Shown one piece after another: positions 1-12,670 of a stretch of DNA of 64,000 nucleotides (position 1 is its first letter; each line of letters starts with the position of its first letter). The stretch covers positions 1,488,001 through 1,552,000 of the forward strand of contig OZ218962.1 in the NCBI GenBank assembly GCA_965112735.1, in the 5' to 3' direction. Position numbers and translations under genes: made by a program. The notes below the pieces were generated by a model. The model saw nothing but the letters and a program-made list of their open reading frames with translations. It did not search any database and was not told the DNA's origin. This DNA comes from Phaeosaccion multiseriatum. Its lineage: Eukaryota > Protista > Ochrophyta, other classes.

Positions 1-861
1 TTCATCGTCCTCCTCCAACAATCGCTCTATTCGCACAGTCACAAAGTCCGCGAGTATGAGCCTGCTCGTGATTGCACTCACGACGCCCTCCACCGTTGAC
101 TTCTCCCACATCCCCCCTCCTAATGTGGCGCTGGTGGCAACAATGTGGTCACCAGGTCTCAGCCCTGCCATCTCCGCGTTCCCTCCGGGCCAGACCGAGT
201 CGACCAGCACGCCCCTGCCACCCTCCAACTCCAACAAGCCCATGCCGAGGGGCTTGTGTAGCGTCACCTCATATGCCCGGGTATTCGCAGCTGTCTCTAC
301 CGCTGCTGCTGTTGCAGCTGCCGTCGCAGCTGCTAGTCCTTGCTGCTCCTTCTCCGCCGCCAGATCTTGGGGCAATGGGAAAAGCTTGGAGCCAGAGTGT
401 TGCTGCCGCTGCTGCTGCCTCAATATCTCGGCTGACTTCTCCCTGAGCTCTTCTAGCAGCCGTGATGGCAGCGTCGAAGTGGACGGAGTGTTCACTACAA
501 GGCCCCAGGGTTCGGGGCTTTGCAGCGACAATGAGGACATTAACAACTTGTCCGTCCCCTGCGTTCCCTGCACTCGCGATTCCCCCGCCGCTGCAGTCCC
601 GCTCCTCCTCTTTCGCGAGCCCGCCTTTCCCCAAGGTAGATGGCTAGAAGCAGTAGCCCTCCGGCAAATACTGCTGCCCTGCTCCTGCATACGTCTACTG
701 CAGACCGGAGCGGCAGCCGCAGGCGGCGAAAAGCCCCGCACTACTCTGGGCCTGTTCTTCGAACAGCCGCACAGAGCCAACAGAAGCAGAGCAACAGTCG
801 GTAACGCTGTCAAACATCCCCCTCCCCCCCCTCCCACGGCCGCGGCTACTGGTGGCCCCAT
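1..861 (-). CDS. Plastid-targeted PDZ-domain protein (MET1/TEF30-like PDZ), 3' end runs off the window
   Basis: Not in the ORF track because there is no stop in the window. Manual translation from ATG 861 gives hydrophobic LPTVALLLLALCGCS, then VRGF, then YEVTLHKPLGMGLLELEGGRGVLVDSVWPGGNAEMAGLRPGDHIVATSATLGGGMW, a PDZ fold similar to the thylakoid MET1 PDZ. Confidence 0.7.
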   Translation of the reverse strand, partial: MGPPVAAAVGGGGGGCLTALPTVALLLLALCGCSKNRPRVVRGFSPPAAAAPVCSRRMQEQGSSICRRATASSHLPWGKAGSRKRRSGTAAAGESRVQGTQGTDKLLMSSLSLQSPEPWGLVVNTPSTSTLPSRLLEELREKSAEILRQQQRQQHSGSKLFPLPQDLAAEKEQQGLAAATAAATAAAVETAANTRAYEVTLHKPLGMGLLELEGGRGVLVDSVWPGGNAEMAGLRPGDHIVATSATLGGGMWEKSTVEGVVSAITSRLILADFVTVRIERLLEEDDE

Positions 862-1274
862 GTGCGGAGGGCGCCGCTTTGCACCGTCTCCTCTCGCTGC
901 TGTTAGCAGGTTTTGCTACTCGAGCCTACAGGAGCGTGAGGAAGGTACCACCATCGAGCAGCACCGTGCGTTTTTCAGGCAGGAAAGCTATGTGTGTTAT
1001 GCGTATGTATCTATTCTCCCAAAGACCTAAGCTGTTTGTTCGTCTCTCTGATGCTTAATCTTCCCCATGCACAACCAAAAGGCATCATGATTTCAGCGCG
1101 TCAGCGGGAAGGATATGCCTCTAAATGTTTCCTATACACACTTGAGTTTATTTAGACGTAAAGGGGGAGAAAAAAGAAAAAAGAATAAAAAGAGTAATAA
1201 AGAGCACCTGTTCTTGCAGGAGCCTCAGGGCGAGAGTATGCGCTCAAAGTGATTGGCACACTTCTGTTTGCACG

Positions 1275-3185
1275 ATGGCGCTCTCCGCAAAGGAGGAGGA
1301 GCGACTGCTGGACAAGTTCCGCCCCATTCTTCGGTTCGATGCAGTCGAAGAGCACTTCCCGCTGACGCCAGAGACCTTTGTGGAGCATGCAGACCTTTGG
1401 CGCAAAAGAAGGTGAGTTGTTCTTCACACTGCGAGAAGGATTTACGTCTTCTTCATGGGAAGGCTGGCTGGCCATACCTCTGGTCGGCTGGACGGCAAGG
1501 CCCTGACTGATCGAGAGACTGCCAAGCCCCTGACTGATGGAGAGAGACTGTTTCGCCTTGACACGATTGTCTTTCTGGCCTTGTGTTTGACGGAGACTTC
1601 GCCTCCCTTTCCCCACGTGCATCCCAGGAAGATCAAAGGGGAGGAGAAGGAAGAAGACACTGAATCAATAGACACTGATTCCTCCGCTGAACAACCGGGG
1701 AAGTACGAATGGGAGCTGGTGCCTCCTCCAGAGGGGTCGGGCAGCTGGACCCTGCCTGAGGTACTGTCGCAGCAGGACGAGAAGACGTTCAACTACAAGC
1801 TCAGGCCGCACGAGGATATTCGGTGTGGACAAGAGAGTGATATTGAGCAGGCCGAAGAGGCTAGTGAGAGGGCGCCGCCCTGCTTTGGCTGGGGGGCGAT
1901 GACGAATCCTTTTGTCGTGCATCCTTTGATCCGGCATAGTGGAAAGTTCGACAAGATTGTGGAACTCAAGTACGCCTTTCTGTACTCCTACAACGGTACC
2001 ACCTTCATTGTGCCTGGCACCGTCCTTGGCGTGCACGAGGGGGACATAGAGCACATTACTGTTCGTGTGGCCTTGTCAAGCGACGAGTCGCAAGAGAAGC
2101 TGCTAGAAGTGTTTTTCGCTGCCCACAGCAGCGCTGAAGGCAAGTGGGTCCCTCACAAGGACTTCTTGGAAGAAGTAGTGCAGCTGGAGGAGAGCGTGAT
2201 GGCTTCTTCGGAGAGAACCACCCCCACCCCCAGCAGCCCCACGAGCAGCAGCCCTCCACTCTCTGGCGAAGAAGCCGCATGTACGCCCCCCAAGCGGGTC
2301 GCGGACCCACTGGAGGGCAAAAGAGACTTGCTCACGGTCAACGGAAACCACCCAGTGGTCTTTCCAGCGCGGCGAGGCCACGCCTCCTACCCAAAGCCTG
2401 CAAGGTGGCGGCGACTGTTTGGGCTTGGGGACGACATCAGCATGGGAGACGGGAAGGAGTGGCGCCCTCGCGTGATTCGTCTTGACAAAGAGAACAAGAA
2501 GCCCGACTTTTTGGGCTACGCGGGCAAGTTTGGGACCGTTTCGAATTTGCCATTCAAGAGCTACTATAGAAACGTCGGGGAGCAGATACGCAAGTGTAAT
2601 CCCAAGCTAATCTACCGGAGCTTACTGGAGGAGGGGTGCCTTCCGGACCGGGGCATTAAGATTGGCATGAACCGCCTCAATATTTCCCCCCTCCAAGAAA
2701 GCAAGGGCCTCGTGCTCTCGACCGTGACGCAAACGCAGCATGCCCTGTTCGGCAGGTGGGTCACAATGCCGGCAGTCGATAGAGGGGTTGTCGGAGGCGC
2801 CTTGCCCCCCCCCTCCAAGGAATGGGTCGGGAAGTGGACATGCCTCCGGGACTGTGACTGTAAGACTACAGACGGCGAAGGCTGGGGCTACAGTGGCAGC
2901 GGCCTGCTCTCTGATGCTGGCCACGATGCCAAGGAACGATTCGGCTTGAGGGGATCCAACGCGAGACGTCGAACCTGGGTCCGAGTAGCCGCCTCTCCGG
3001 AAATTGCCTCCGCGATTTCGGCGGAAAGTTCTTCTTCTTCTTTGGAGTCTGTGGCCCTTCTCGCTGCCCACGCAGTTGCGGCGGAGAAGAGCCTCATCCC
3101 GGCTGTGTTGCGCCGTCACTTGAGTGACAGCAAGGAAGTACTGGATATGATTCACAGATCAATCGTCACACTCAGTGATCTTTAG
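1275..3185 (+). CDS. Vps62-like domain protein with C-terminal dysferlin (DysF)-like domain; intron 1412-1627
   Basis: Exon 1 MALSAKEEERLLDKFRPILRFDAVEEHFPLTPETF splices in frame (AG|GTGAG...CCCAG|G) into ORF 1455-3185. Vps62 motifs YAFLYSYNG, HEGDIEHITVRV, FFAAHS, HPVVFPARRGHASYP. DysF-like EWVGKW...DGEGWGY...ARRRTWVR. Confidence 0.7.
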
Positions 3186-4714
3186 CCTTTGCGAAAATGA
3201 CGAATTTTTGACGAATGGCCATGGCCACCTCACTGTCCGCAGGCGGAATCTCGTTGGGGAATATGGTGGCGCAGTCACTGCACAGCTTCTTGAGATCTTC
3301 TAGCTCCTTCTTGTCCGCGAAACGCCCCCTGATTGATTGGTGGCGGGGACGCAGCGGAGGGGGGAGAGGGGACGGGAAGAGGTGGCGCGATTACGCAGCG
3401 CACAGAGCAAGCAGCTATCTGCCCTCACTTTGGGTGTTGTCATACGCGTACCGTACCTGCTGAAGGCCTGTGCAACCACTATGGCTAGGGCTCGCACCTG
3501 GGCCGCCTCTGAGTCGGGGTATAGGCCCGTTAAGGCCGAGATGAGCCCCTCGATACACGCGTGGCGAGCAGCCGTCATCTTGCCTACGGTGTTTATTTGT
3601 TTCAGATCAGTTTAGGTAGTGAGCCTTGTGTCAGATGCAAACGCACCGCAATAGATGGATTTACGTACCTTGCATTTGGAAAATCGCATTGGCGACGAGT
3701 TCGCCTGTGATCTGGTCGGCCTCTGGCGGGAGCACCTTGGGCGCCCACTTCAGGAGGAACTGAATATCCTCCAGGAGAGGAACGGCGCTGTAAATCTTGG
3801 CCAAAATCTCCTCCACGGCCGCTGGGTCGATACGGTCGTAGTAGATGGCTCGCATCCGCAGCTCCAGATCCGCGCTTAGCTTGGTCCTCTCGTTGTCTCT
3901 GCGGAGCTCCACAAACTTTCTCTTGAGTCGTCGAGCAACCTCCTCCGTGTCGTGTGCGTCCTTGAGGGAGGCCGGAAACAGACGGTCGCAGTGCCGCACC
4001 ACCTGCGCTCGCGTCCCCCCGCACCAACCGAAAAGCAAATGAGCCACACAAGGCTATTCCAGAGGGAAAGACTATTCTGCGTACCTGCTTGATGTCATCA
4101 ATATCCGGAAACGCGTGCATGACCGCGTCAATGAGGCCGGGAATGATGGCTTTTCCTTCCTTCGATTCATACACCTCCCGGTACACACGAGTGGCCAGCT
4201 CCTCTGACAATTGCCGTGAGAGCTCGGTTCGCTTATCGAAAATCCCGAGGTAGGACAAGAGCCCCACGGTGTTGACCTCCAGACCCTTCATCGTCTCGTT
4301 CAAAGGCGTCCCCCTCAGGTCGACCTCAAAGAGACTCCGAATCCTCCCCATCTCCCTGGGTAGGCCGCGTAGAGCAGTGTCGCGCAAGTCCAAGACCTGC
4401 ATTCGTTCGTGCAGTGAGCAGAAGAAGGAGGAAAAAAAAAATAACCCCAACCCCCCCCCTCCCCTCACCTTCAGCTTCCTGCAGTGCTGTATCTCCGGAC
4501 AAATCTCCCCCAACGGGTTGTTGTTGAGCCACAGCTGCTCCAGATTCGGGAGTGCGGCGATGCAGGGCGGCAGGGAGAGGAGCAAGTTGTAGCTGAGGTC
4601 GAGGCGCATCAAGCCGCTAAGCGTCAGCACTTGAGCGGGAATCTCCTCCAGCCCAGTCGCACTCAGGTGCAAGGCGTGGGTGCGACGAGCAGTGTTGATT
4701 ATTGGATTGTTCAT
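3172..4714 (-). CDS. Leucine-rich repeat protein with three C-terminal helical repeats (multi-exon)
   Basis: LRRs LMRLDLSYNLLLSLP, LEQLWLNNNPL, LDLRDTALRGLP. Last exon 3172-3328 (AGC AG|gtacgg...aatcag|G GGG CGT) reads GRFADKKELEDLKKLCSDCATIFP...KAKDH*. Confidence 0.75.
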
Positions 4715-4909
4715 CGTTCGTTCCTCGGCTCGCTCTAAAAATAAACTGGAGAGCGCTATTTCCGGGATGGAGAGAAAAGGAGGCTGACAGTTTCAAGTCT
4801 TCATTGAACTATGAAACCCAAGGGGGGCGCAAGATTTTCTGATTTTCTCCCGATCTCCGTTCCCCACCATCCACACGAGATAAAGCAAGGAAAGAGCGAT
4901 ATAGAAGCC

Positions 4910-6816
4910 ATGATGCGGAGAGGGTCCCGCGCGGGCGTCGCCCTGGCTAGGGCCGGCGCCAAGAGGAGCATGGCCACGGGCAAGGACGTAAAGTTCGGCG
5001 TGGAGGGACGGGCGATGATGCTCAAGGGCGTGGATATGCTGGCTGACGCTGTCCAGGTTGGTGGGGTTGCGGTTGTATGCATCTAGGTAGACAGGACCCT
5101 CTGACTCCGCTGCTTTGACAGGTGACGCTAGGTCCTAAGGGCCGCAACGCCATCTTGGAGTCACCCTATGGCCCGCCGAAGATCACCAAGGACGGCGTCA
5201 CTGTGGCGAAGAGCATCGAGTTCAAGGACAAGTTCCAGAACATGGGGGCTCAGCTCGTGCGCTCCGTGGCCTCCAAGGCGAACGACGAGGCAGGAGACGG
5301 CACCACCACGGCCACTGTGCTCACCCGCGCTATTTTCAAGGAGGGCTGCAAGGTGAGCGGAGCGGAGAGCGGAGCGTAATGGGGGGGGGCGGGGGGGAGT
5401 GCGGGATATGGATGGGTCATTCAGCTTACACTCCGAGCTCGTTTTGGGCCTCCCGAAAACTCACCGCAGGCGGTAGCGGCGGGCATGAACCCCACCGACC
5501 TTCGAAGAGGCATCCAGATGGCCACAGAGCACGTGGTGAACGTCTTGACCACCATCTCCAAGCCCATCTCCACCAAGGAGGAGGTGTGCCAGGTGGCGAC
5601 CATCTCAGCCAACAGTGAGGTGGAGATTGGCACGCTTATCGCAGACGCTATGGAGCGGGTGGGCAACGAGGGTGTCATTACGGTGCAGGACGGCAAGACG
5701 CTGGACAATGAGCTGGAAGTGGTGGAGGGCATGAAGTTTGATCGAGGGTACATTTCCCCCTACTTTATCACAGACAGCAAGCTGCAGACTTGCGAAATGG
5801 ACAACCCCCTCATTCTCATTGTCGAGAACAAGATTTCCACCTTGCAGAGCCTCATCCCGCTGCTGGAGATGACTGTCAAGGCGCAGCGGCCTCTGCTCAT
5901 CCTTGCGGAGGATGTTGATTCGGAGGCCCTGGCGACTCTAGTGGTCAACAAGCTGCGAGCGGGCATCAAGGTGTGCGCTGTGAAGGCACCTGGCTTTGGC
6001 GACAATCGCAAGGCCATGCTTCAGGACATTGCCATCCTGACTGGGGCGCAAGTTATCAGCGGGGATACGGGCATGAAGATTGAGGATGCCGGGGAAGAGC
6101 ATCTGGGTACTTGCAAGCAGATCAAGGTCAGCAAAGACGACACCATTATTCTGGATGGACACGGGCCAAGGGTTGCCATCAATGACCGGGTTCAGCTGTT
6201 GCGCGAGTCCATGGCCCGCACAAAGAGCGACTATGAGCGGGAAAAGCTGCAGGAGCGGCTGGCGAAGTTGGACTCGGGCGTAGCGGTCATCAAGGTGGGC
6301 GGAGGGAGTGAAGTAGAGGTGGGGGAGAAGAAGGACAGATTCACGGACGCCCTCAACGCGACGCGGGCAGCTGTGGAGGAAGGCATTGTGCCTGGCGGCG
6401 GGAGCGCACTCCTGTGGGCCAGTCGGCAGCTCGACGGTGTCAGAGCTAATTGCGCAAACGTGGACCAGCGTCTGGGTGTGGACATTATTAAGAACTCGCT
6501 CAAGGCACCAGCGCATATCATCGCCAGCAATGCTGGTGTGGAGGGCGCCGTCGTGGTCGGTGAGCTGCTCAAGGTGGCGACCCCCTCCGAAGGGTACAAC
6601 GCCGCCACGGCCGAGTACACAGACATGATCAGCGAGGGCATCATTGATCCCACCAAGGTGGTTCGGACAGCGCTCCTGGACGCACAGTCAGTTGCTAGCC
6701 TCATGATGACTGCGGAAGCACTCGTCGCCGACGAGCCTGATACTGGAGCAGGAGGCCCGCCCGGGGGGGGCATGGGAGGACCTCCCGGCATGGGCGGCAT
6801 GGGCGGCATGATGTAG
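4910..6816 (+). CDS. HSP60: Mitochondrial chaperonin 60 (2 introns)
   Basis: Arg-rich presequence, [50 protein letters not shown]-terminal GGMGGM tail. Confidence 0.97.
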
Positions 6817-7270
6817 GGGGGTTATTTGTTTATATCAGGAGATGAGCACAGGGGGCTAGCTGCTGCTGGAGGGCAGCGGAACGGAATTGGGAGAGGGTGG
6901 GGGCATACGATAGCGGAGCGAAATGCATGTCCGAAACTCCTCTTGGGCTCGATCGAGGAAGCGGTATGGGGTCAGCAGAGGGGGGCTTGTGTGGATGCCA
7001 AGAGCTGCGGGCGGGCCAAGAAGTGGCGTGCACGATGAAGGCGCATGTTTGATGGGGGGGGGGTTCCCAGGCACTAAACTCGAACAATACAGTTTCAGTT
7101 TTGACACGTTTTTGTTGCATCCTCTTTTCTTGATTGAGAAAGTGCACGCATGGTCAAACCCTTTTGGCCTGGGGAGAGTTCGCGGTTGGAAAATGCCGTG
7201 CGTGTGTGGGGACACGCCCCACACACTGCAATCCCTCATTGATTCGTTCCCCACCCGCTGCCAAGACTAT

Positions 7271-8701
7271 TCATGATGGCGTACTCCGCACTTTCCTGGC
7301 GGGCAACACCTTTTCCACACAGCTCGCGTCCATACTACCCCCTCTCTCGATCGCCGCGAGACACAGCTCAACGGCATGGTTTAGCGTCAGAATCTGCGTG
7401 AGGCGGAGCAGCAACAAGGAGCTGTTAACTACAATTACATTGAGCCCTCTCCGCTTTTTGTGATTACTACCTTGCTATATCCCGAGTTCATCTTGAGCGC
7501 GTCCAAAGGCAGCCTTGCGGTTGCAATGCCCTGCCTGTTTGCCTGCGTGCGTGCGTGTGTGTGTGTGTGTGTAAAATCAAGAGATGTCTTTCTATGTCTT
7601 GGCAACCGGGGATTCAGCAGCAACGTACCCTGTCCAAAGTGATTTTCTTGTGTCTATTTCGGTCCACGATGCCCCCAAAGATGTATTTGCCTGGTTCGAA
7701 GGTCTGATTGTGAAGGAGGGAATCGTCACCACCACTCAAAAATAGACCTCCAGTCCACACACTCATCAAGCTTCGTACCGTAATCACATTGGGTGAATCC
7801 GCCGTCAAGTACACAAGGGATTCTGGAGGAAACTCTTCCATATAGCTTTTGTCGGTCATCTTTGTTGTCATGAAGGCGGGGGGGGGGGAAGATTAACGAC
7901 GGAATGGTGCAGACCATCGTACGTTACGATCTTACCCGAAAGGCCTTCCAAAAGTCTAATCCTGAAATCCGTGAAATGCCTTCCTTAATCTTTGGTCCCA
8001 GTCCTGTGAGGACAACCTCGGCCGGCTGAGCGCTTCGCTTGTTGGACGCATAGACACACTTAATCTGTGGGTATGGTGGCGGACAAGGTTACTTCAAGCT
8101 TTCCTTCGCTTGTTCTCAGTGAGCTAGGCCTCACCTGCTGCACCATACTGTTGAGCTCCCTCTCGCTCATGAAGGGCTCAAAATCCATGTCGATCACCAG
8201 CGTGTACCCGCCCTCCTTCGCCTGCAAAAGCATTGATGGACGAGTGTGTTGGAAGCAAGCAAGCAAACAAAAGAGAGAGAGAAAGAGAGAGGGAAACCGG
8301 CCCAACTTTACCTTGCTCACAAACTCGTCCGCGAGCCGAATCTTCTTCGCTTGCGCTTCCGTTCTGTCCTCTGGCGCCCTTTCTCTAATCGACCCCCCCT
8401 GTGCAGGTATTTTGACCAAGCCGGCAGCCCGCCTCTCCTCATTTATTCTCTTGGTCTCTGCCTTCCTCTCCTGCTTCAATTCCTCTCGCTTCTCCTTCTT
8501 CTTCTTGCGCTTAAGCTCACCAAGCGTCCAAAATGTTCCAGTCTCTGGATTCACTCCTCTCTCCATTTGCCTTTTGGTCGGTGCTGCCGCTGCTGCTGCT
8601 GGTGCTGCTGCTGCTGCTGCTTCCACTACTGGACCCGGTTCCGTCGGTGGGGCAGGGCTGCTAAGCTCCTCTGCCTGGGAATGTGGGTTTGTATCTGCCA
8701 T
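7271..8701 (-). CDS. TRM10: tRNA (guanine-9-N1) methyltransferase Trm10 (multi-exon)
   Basis: LVIDMDFEPFMSERELNSMVQQ, LVYLTADSPNVI, YIFGGIVDRNRHK, GIATARLPL, ILTLNH...VLPARK. Confidence 0.88.
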
Positions 8702-8826
8702 AGTGTTATTGGATGAAGTAAAAAAAAAGAAAAAAAAAAAAAAGAGGAAAGAGGGGCCGTTGCCGTGTTGGTACTCCAACCTGTTGGCGCGTACGCTCAA
8801 CAAAAATCAACACCTCAACAAAACGT

Positions 8827-10999
8827 ATGTGTTCTCTCTCCTCTGCGGCCCTGACGGGGTTTGCAGTTGTTCTTGCGCTGAGCCCTGCAAGTGTCCAGAG
8901 CTTTTCTGTGGTCAGCGTTGGTCGGGTGGCAGGACGAGGCAATGGCAGAGTCTCAAGAGGCTCTCGTTCCCAATGCAGCATGGGCTTGCAGGACGGCATG
9001 GGCTACGCGGCGCCGGTCGACTCGGAGGAGTCCTTCCGCAGGACAGCCGACCTAGCTTTGAAGGGTTCTGAAGGCTTTAAGAAGAAGCTGGCGTTGCTCG
9101 GGTCGACGGTGAGCTGAAGGTCGTAGTCCACACACACTGGGGGCTGGCGTACTGAACCCTGACTGCCCCGGTTCTCGTCCTGCCTGTAGGGATCCATCGG
9201 GACGCAAACTCTGGACATCTGTGAAGAGAAGCCCGACCAGTTCGAGGTCGTATCACTTGCGGCTGGCGCGAATGTAGAGCTTCTGGCTCAGCAGATTGTG
9301 CAGTTCAAGGCAAGTGGCTCAGCAGCAAAGACTGTGGCAAGCTGCCTCAATTTGTAATCAATGTGGCCCAATCTCTTTTTCGCGCAGCCGTCGGTGGCGT
9401 CTGTGTCTAGCGAAGACATGCTGCCCACTCTAAAGGGTCTGCTGAGCGACATGGGCATGCGCGAGGCGGAGTTTCCGCGGCTCGTGCACGGCGATGCAGG
9501 CATCGTGGAGGCGGCCACGGCAGAGGCGGCCGACACCGTCGTCACAGGCATCGTGGGGTACGTGTGTATACCCGGGGGGTGGTGCGTTTGCCTCTCCCGT
9601 TGGCGGTTCCAATAAACGCTTGTTTCCTTTGCTGCGCGTCTCCCAGAACGGCGGGTCTCCTCCCCACGGTGGAGGCAATCAAGAAGGGGAAGACCATTGC
9701 TTTGGCCAACAAGGAGACGCTCATCGCGGGCGGACCAGTAGTCGTTCCGCTGTGCAAGGAGTACGGGGTGGACATGATTCCAGCTGACAGCGAGCATTCG
9801 GCCATCTTTCAGTGCCTACAGGTGGGGGGGGGAGGGTTTGGTTTATGGGGCATTGTTAGGTTTAGGGTTGGAATTAATCACGTTGGCGTGCTCTACTTCC
9901 CACACGTATGTCCCACAGGGCTTTCCGCCTGGGGCGCTGCGGCGCATCATTCTGACTGCGTCAGGGGGGGCTTTCCGGGATTGGAAGGTGAGCGCCCGGA
10001 CATGAGGTGCATTTCGCCCACCGAGAAGCGAGCCCCCACCCCCAACCCCCTGTTTCGTTTCGCACCTTCATAACTGCTTTGTCGAACCACCTTAGGCCGA
10101 GGACCTTGTCAAGGTAACTGTGGCAGACGCTCTCAAGCACCCCAATTGGGATATGGGGGCCAAGATTACCGTCGACTCCGCCACCATGATGAACAAGGGC
10201 CTCGAGGTCATCGAAGCGCATTACCTCTTTGGAAGTGCATACGACGACATTGACATTGTCGTTCACCCGCAGGTAGGGAGTGAGTGAATGGTGCTTGGCT
10301 TTGCATCATCTTTGCATTGTTTCAGTTGTATTTCCCGCCCCTGCCCCCGGCCACCCCTGCCCGTTTTAGAGCATCATCCACAGCATGGTTGAGGCCCAGG
10401 ACACGAGTGTGATTGCGCAGCTGGGCTGGCCCGACATGCGCCTTCCTCTGCTGTACTCTATCAGCTGGCCACATCGAATGAGGATGAGCTACGATCAGCT
10501 TGACCTCGCCAAGCTTGGGACGATGACCTTCAATAAACCCGACAGAAAAAAGGTACGAGAAATACTCTGATTGATTCAGACCTGCCATGTCTGCTGTTTG
10601 CCTCAGACCTCCCCCCCCCCAACCCTCCCGCGTCCCCTCGAAAGTACCCGTGCATAGATTTGGCCTACGCAGCCGGGCGTACAGGAGGCACTATGACTTG
10701 CGCCCTCAACGCCGCCAATGAGCGGGCCAACGAGATCTTTAGGCAGGAGAAGATCTCCTTCATTCAGATCCCCAAGGTACCACGGGTCTTTTGTCAGAGT
10801 TTTGGAAAACGCGACCCGTCCTCTGAACGGCCCTTCCATCTCGTTACTGTTGTCACGTATGTCCCTCTCACAGGTCGTGGAGGCTGCCATGGAAGCGCAC
10901 AAGGCCGACCTCAACATGGCCCCCACTCTGGAGGAGATTGTGGCCATTGACGTGTGGGCAAGGGACCAAGTTGACGCCGCAGCTGCCACCTTGGTTTAA
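8827..10999 (+). CDS. DXR: 1-deoxy-D-xylulose 5-phosphate reductoisomerase, plastid-targeted (multi-exon)
   Basis: Signal peptide + QSF. Motifs [84 protein letters not shown]. Confidence 0.97.
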
Positions 11000-11118
11000 T
11001 TTATCCCGTTCCCCCTCAGGGAGACGGAAGAAATATAGAAACATACTTCAAGTATGTCAACAATTACCTAAAAGTAAAACTCCTCTTCTCCTTCCCCTCC
11101 CCCCCACTACACACACTG

Positions 11119-12554
11119 ATGACGTCCCAATGGCTCATGTTCGTGATGCTGTCGCTCATCCTTGCACAAGTGGTAAGCGAAAAACGTTAAGAAAGATTCA
11201 TGGAAGACCTCTTTTTTTTTTTCTTATGCCTCTCGCCCTTCCAGGTTGATGCTTTCTCTCCCAAGCCCCTTCCCTTTGGAGCGGCACCCTATGTTCGCAA
11301 GACTTGGAGTCAGGTCAAGAGCAACTCTGATGTCGTGGAAATGGAAATGGGGGGTGCTGGGGACGAGGGAGAGAGAGAGCGAATCAAGAACGTCGCCTTG
11401 CGGCAGCTCGTAGGGAAGAACCTCTTTACATTCGACAGAGTCACAAGGGGGCGCATCGAAGATACATTGGAGGCGTTGGAGAGCCTGAATCCTACTCCAC
11501 GCCCTTTGCTCTCCCCGACGCCGTTGGCTGGGTCATGGCGGTTGGTCTACACGACTGCTCTGGACGTACTGAGTCTTGGAGTCAATCCGTTGGCATCGGT
11601 GTCGCAGATCTTCCAGGACTTTAACGATGACTTGTCTCAGGTGGTTAACATCATTGAGTTTCAGCCTCCCGTTGCCGGGGTCCTTAATAAGTTCGTGGAG
11701 GCCTTCAAAACGCGAGTGAATGTTGTAGTCGATACGGAAGTGGTGTCCGATACCGGTCTTAAGCTGATCTTTAAGAGGGCCGAAGTCGCTCCGACTCGAT
11801 TCTTGGGCAGGGACATTAAGCGGAAGCTAGGCTTCACCTTCCCTAAAGCCCTACAACAGTCTGGTGTCTTCCAAACGACTTACTTGGGTGAGTTGGAAGT
11901 GAGCGTGTGTGTGCGTGTGCGTGCATGCCTTGTGAGTAATGAGTAGTAGGGTGAGGGAGGGAGGGAGTGATGGGTGAGTGAGTTAGTGAGTGCGTGAGTG
12001 AACGAGTGAGTGAGTGGGTGGGTGAGAGAGTGAGTGAGCGCGTGAGCGCGTGAGCGCGTGAGTAAGTGAGTCAACAAGTCAAAGGGTGAGCGAATGAGTA
12101 AGGAATGAGTGAGTGGGTGAGTGAGCGAGTGGGTGAGTGCGCGTGAACGTGCGTGAGTGAGTGGGCGAAGGTGTGAGTTGGGGCGTGTTTGATAGAGTGA
12201 GTGTGGGTGAATGAGTGAGCGAGGGACGAGGCAGGAGGAGGAGCGCCATCACGCTCTACGCTGGACTAGACTATCTCTCTGTCTCTCTTCCTCAAGATAC
12301 TGACCTACCCTGCTTGTGTCAGCAGTCTGAGAAAGAGGAATATAGCTGCGGTGCTGCCTGCTGCACACAATGAGGCCCTTTCAGAGTTCTACGCCAGGTC
12401 TCTAAAGTGCCTTAGTTTCCCTCGACATTGCATTCTTTCCCTTGTCCCTCTCATTGTTCCAGATTCTGACTTTCGGATAGGAAGGTCAGCAGATGGGGAA
12501 CTCTATGTCTCTGTCAAAGTGGGAAGCGACGAGGGGGAGGACTCATTCTTCTGA
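11119..12554 (+). CDS. PAP/fibrillin (plastoglobule) protein, plastid-targeted, 3 exons
   Basis: MTSQWLMFVMLSLILAQV|VDAFSP presequence. LEALESLNPTPRP...LAGSWRLVYTT and TTYL|DSDFRIGRSADGELYV are fibrillin motifs. Confidence 0.85.
11940..12225. repeat. Degenerate (GAGT/GTGA)n simple repeat inside fibrillin intron 2
   Basis: Runs such as gagtgagtgagtgggtgggtgagagagtgagtgagc are directly visible. Confidence 0.85.
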
Positions 12555-12670
12555 GGAGTGGTGAGACGTGAAATCAAAAGGCAACCAACTGCTTCGCAAG
12601 AGAAGAGAGAGAAAAAAAGACACAACAGAAATAAACGTGTCTTTACGAACTTGGAGACCTCCGCCCCGCC

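Noticed and set aside
56-1030. 324-aa plus-strand ORF
   Set aside because: Antisense shadow of the minus-strand PDZ gene (1-861). Its composition is not protein-like.
1495-1552. ~27-bp tandem duplication in the Vps62 intron
   Set aside because: Two imperfect copies, ordinary slippage duplication.
8067-9071. 334-aa plus-strand ORF
   Set aside because: Antisense to TRM10 and out of frame with DXR.
9855-9870. TTAGG/TTTAGGG telomere-like sequence in a DXR intron
   Set aside because: Only one or two units, compatible with chance.
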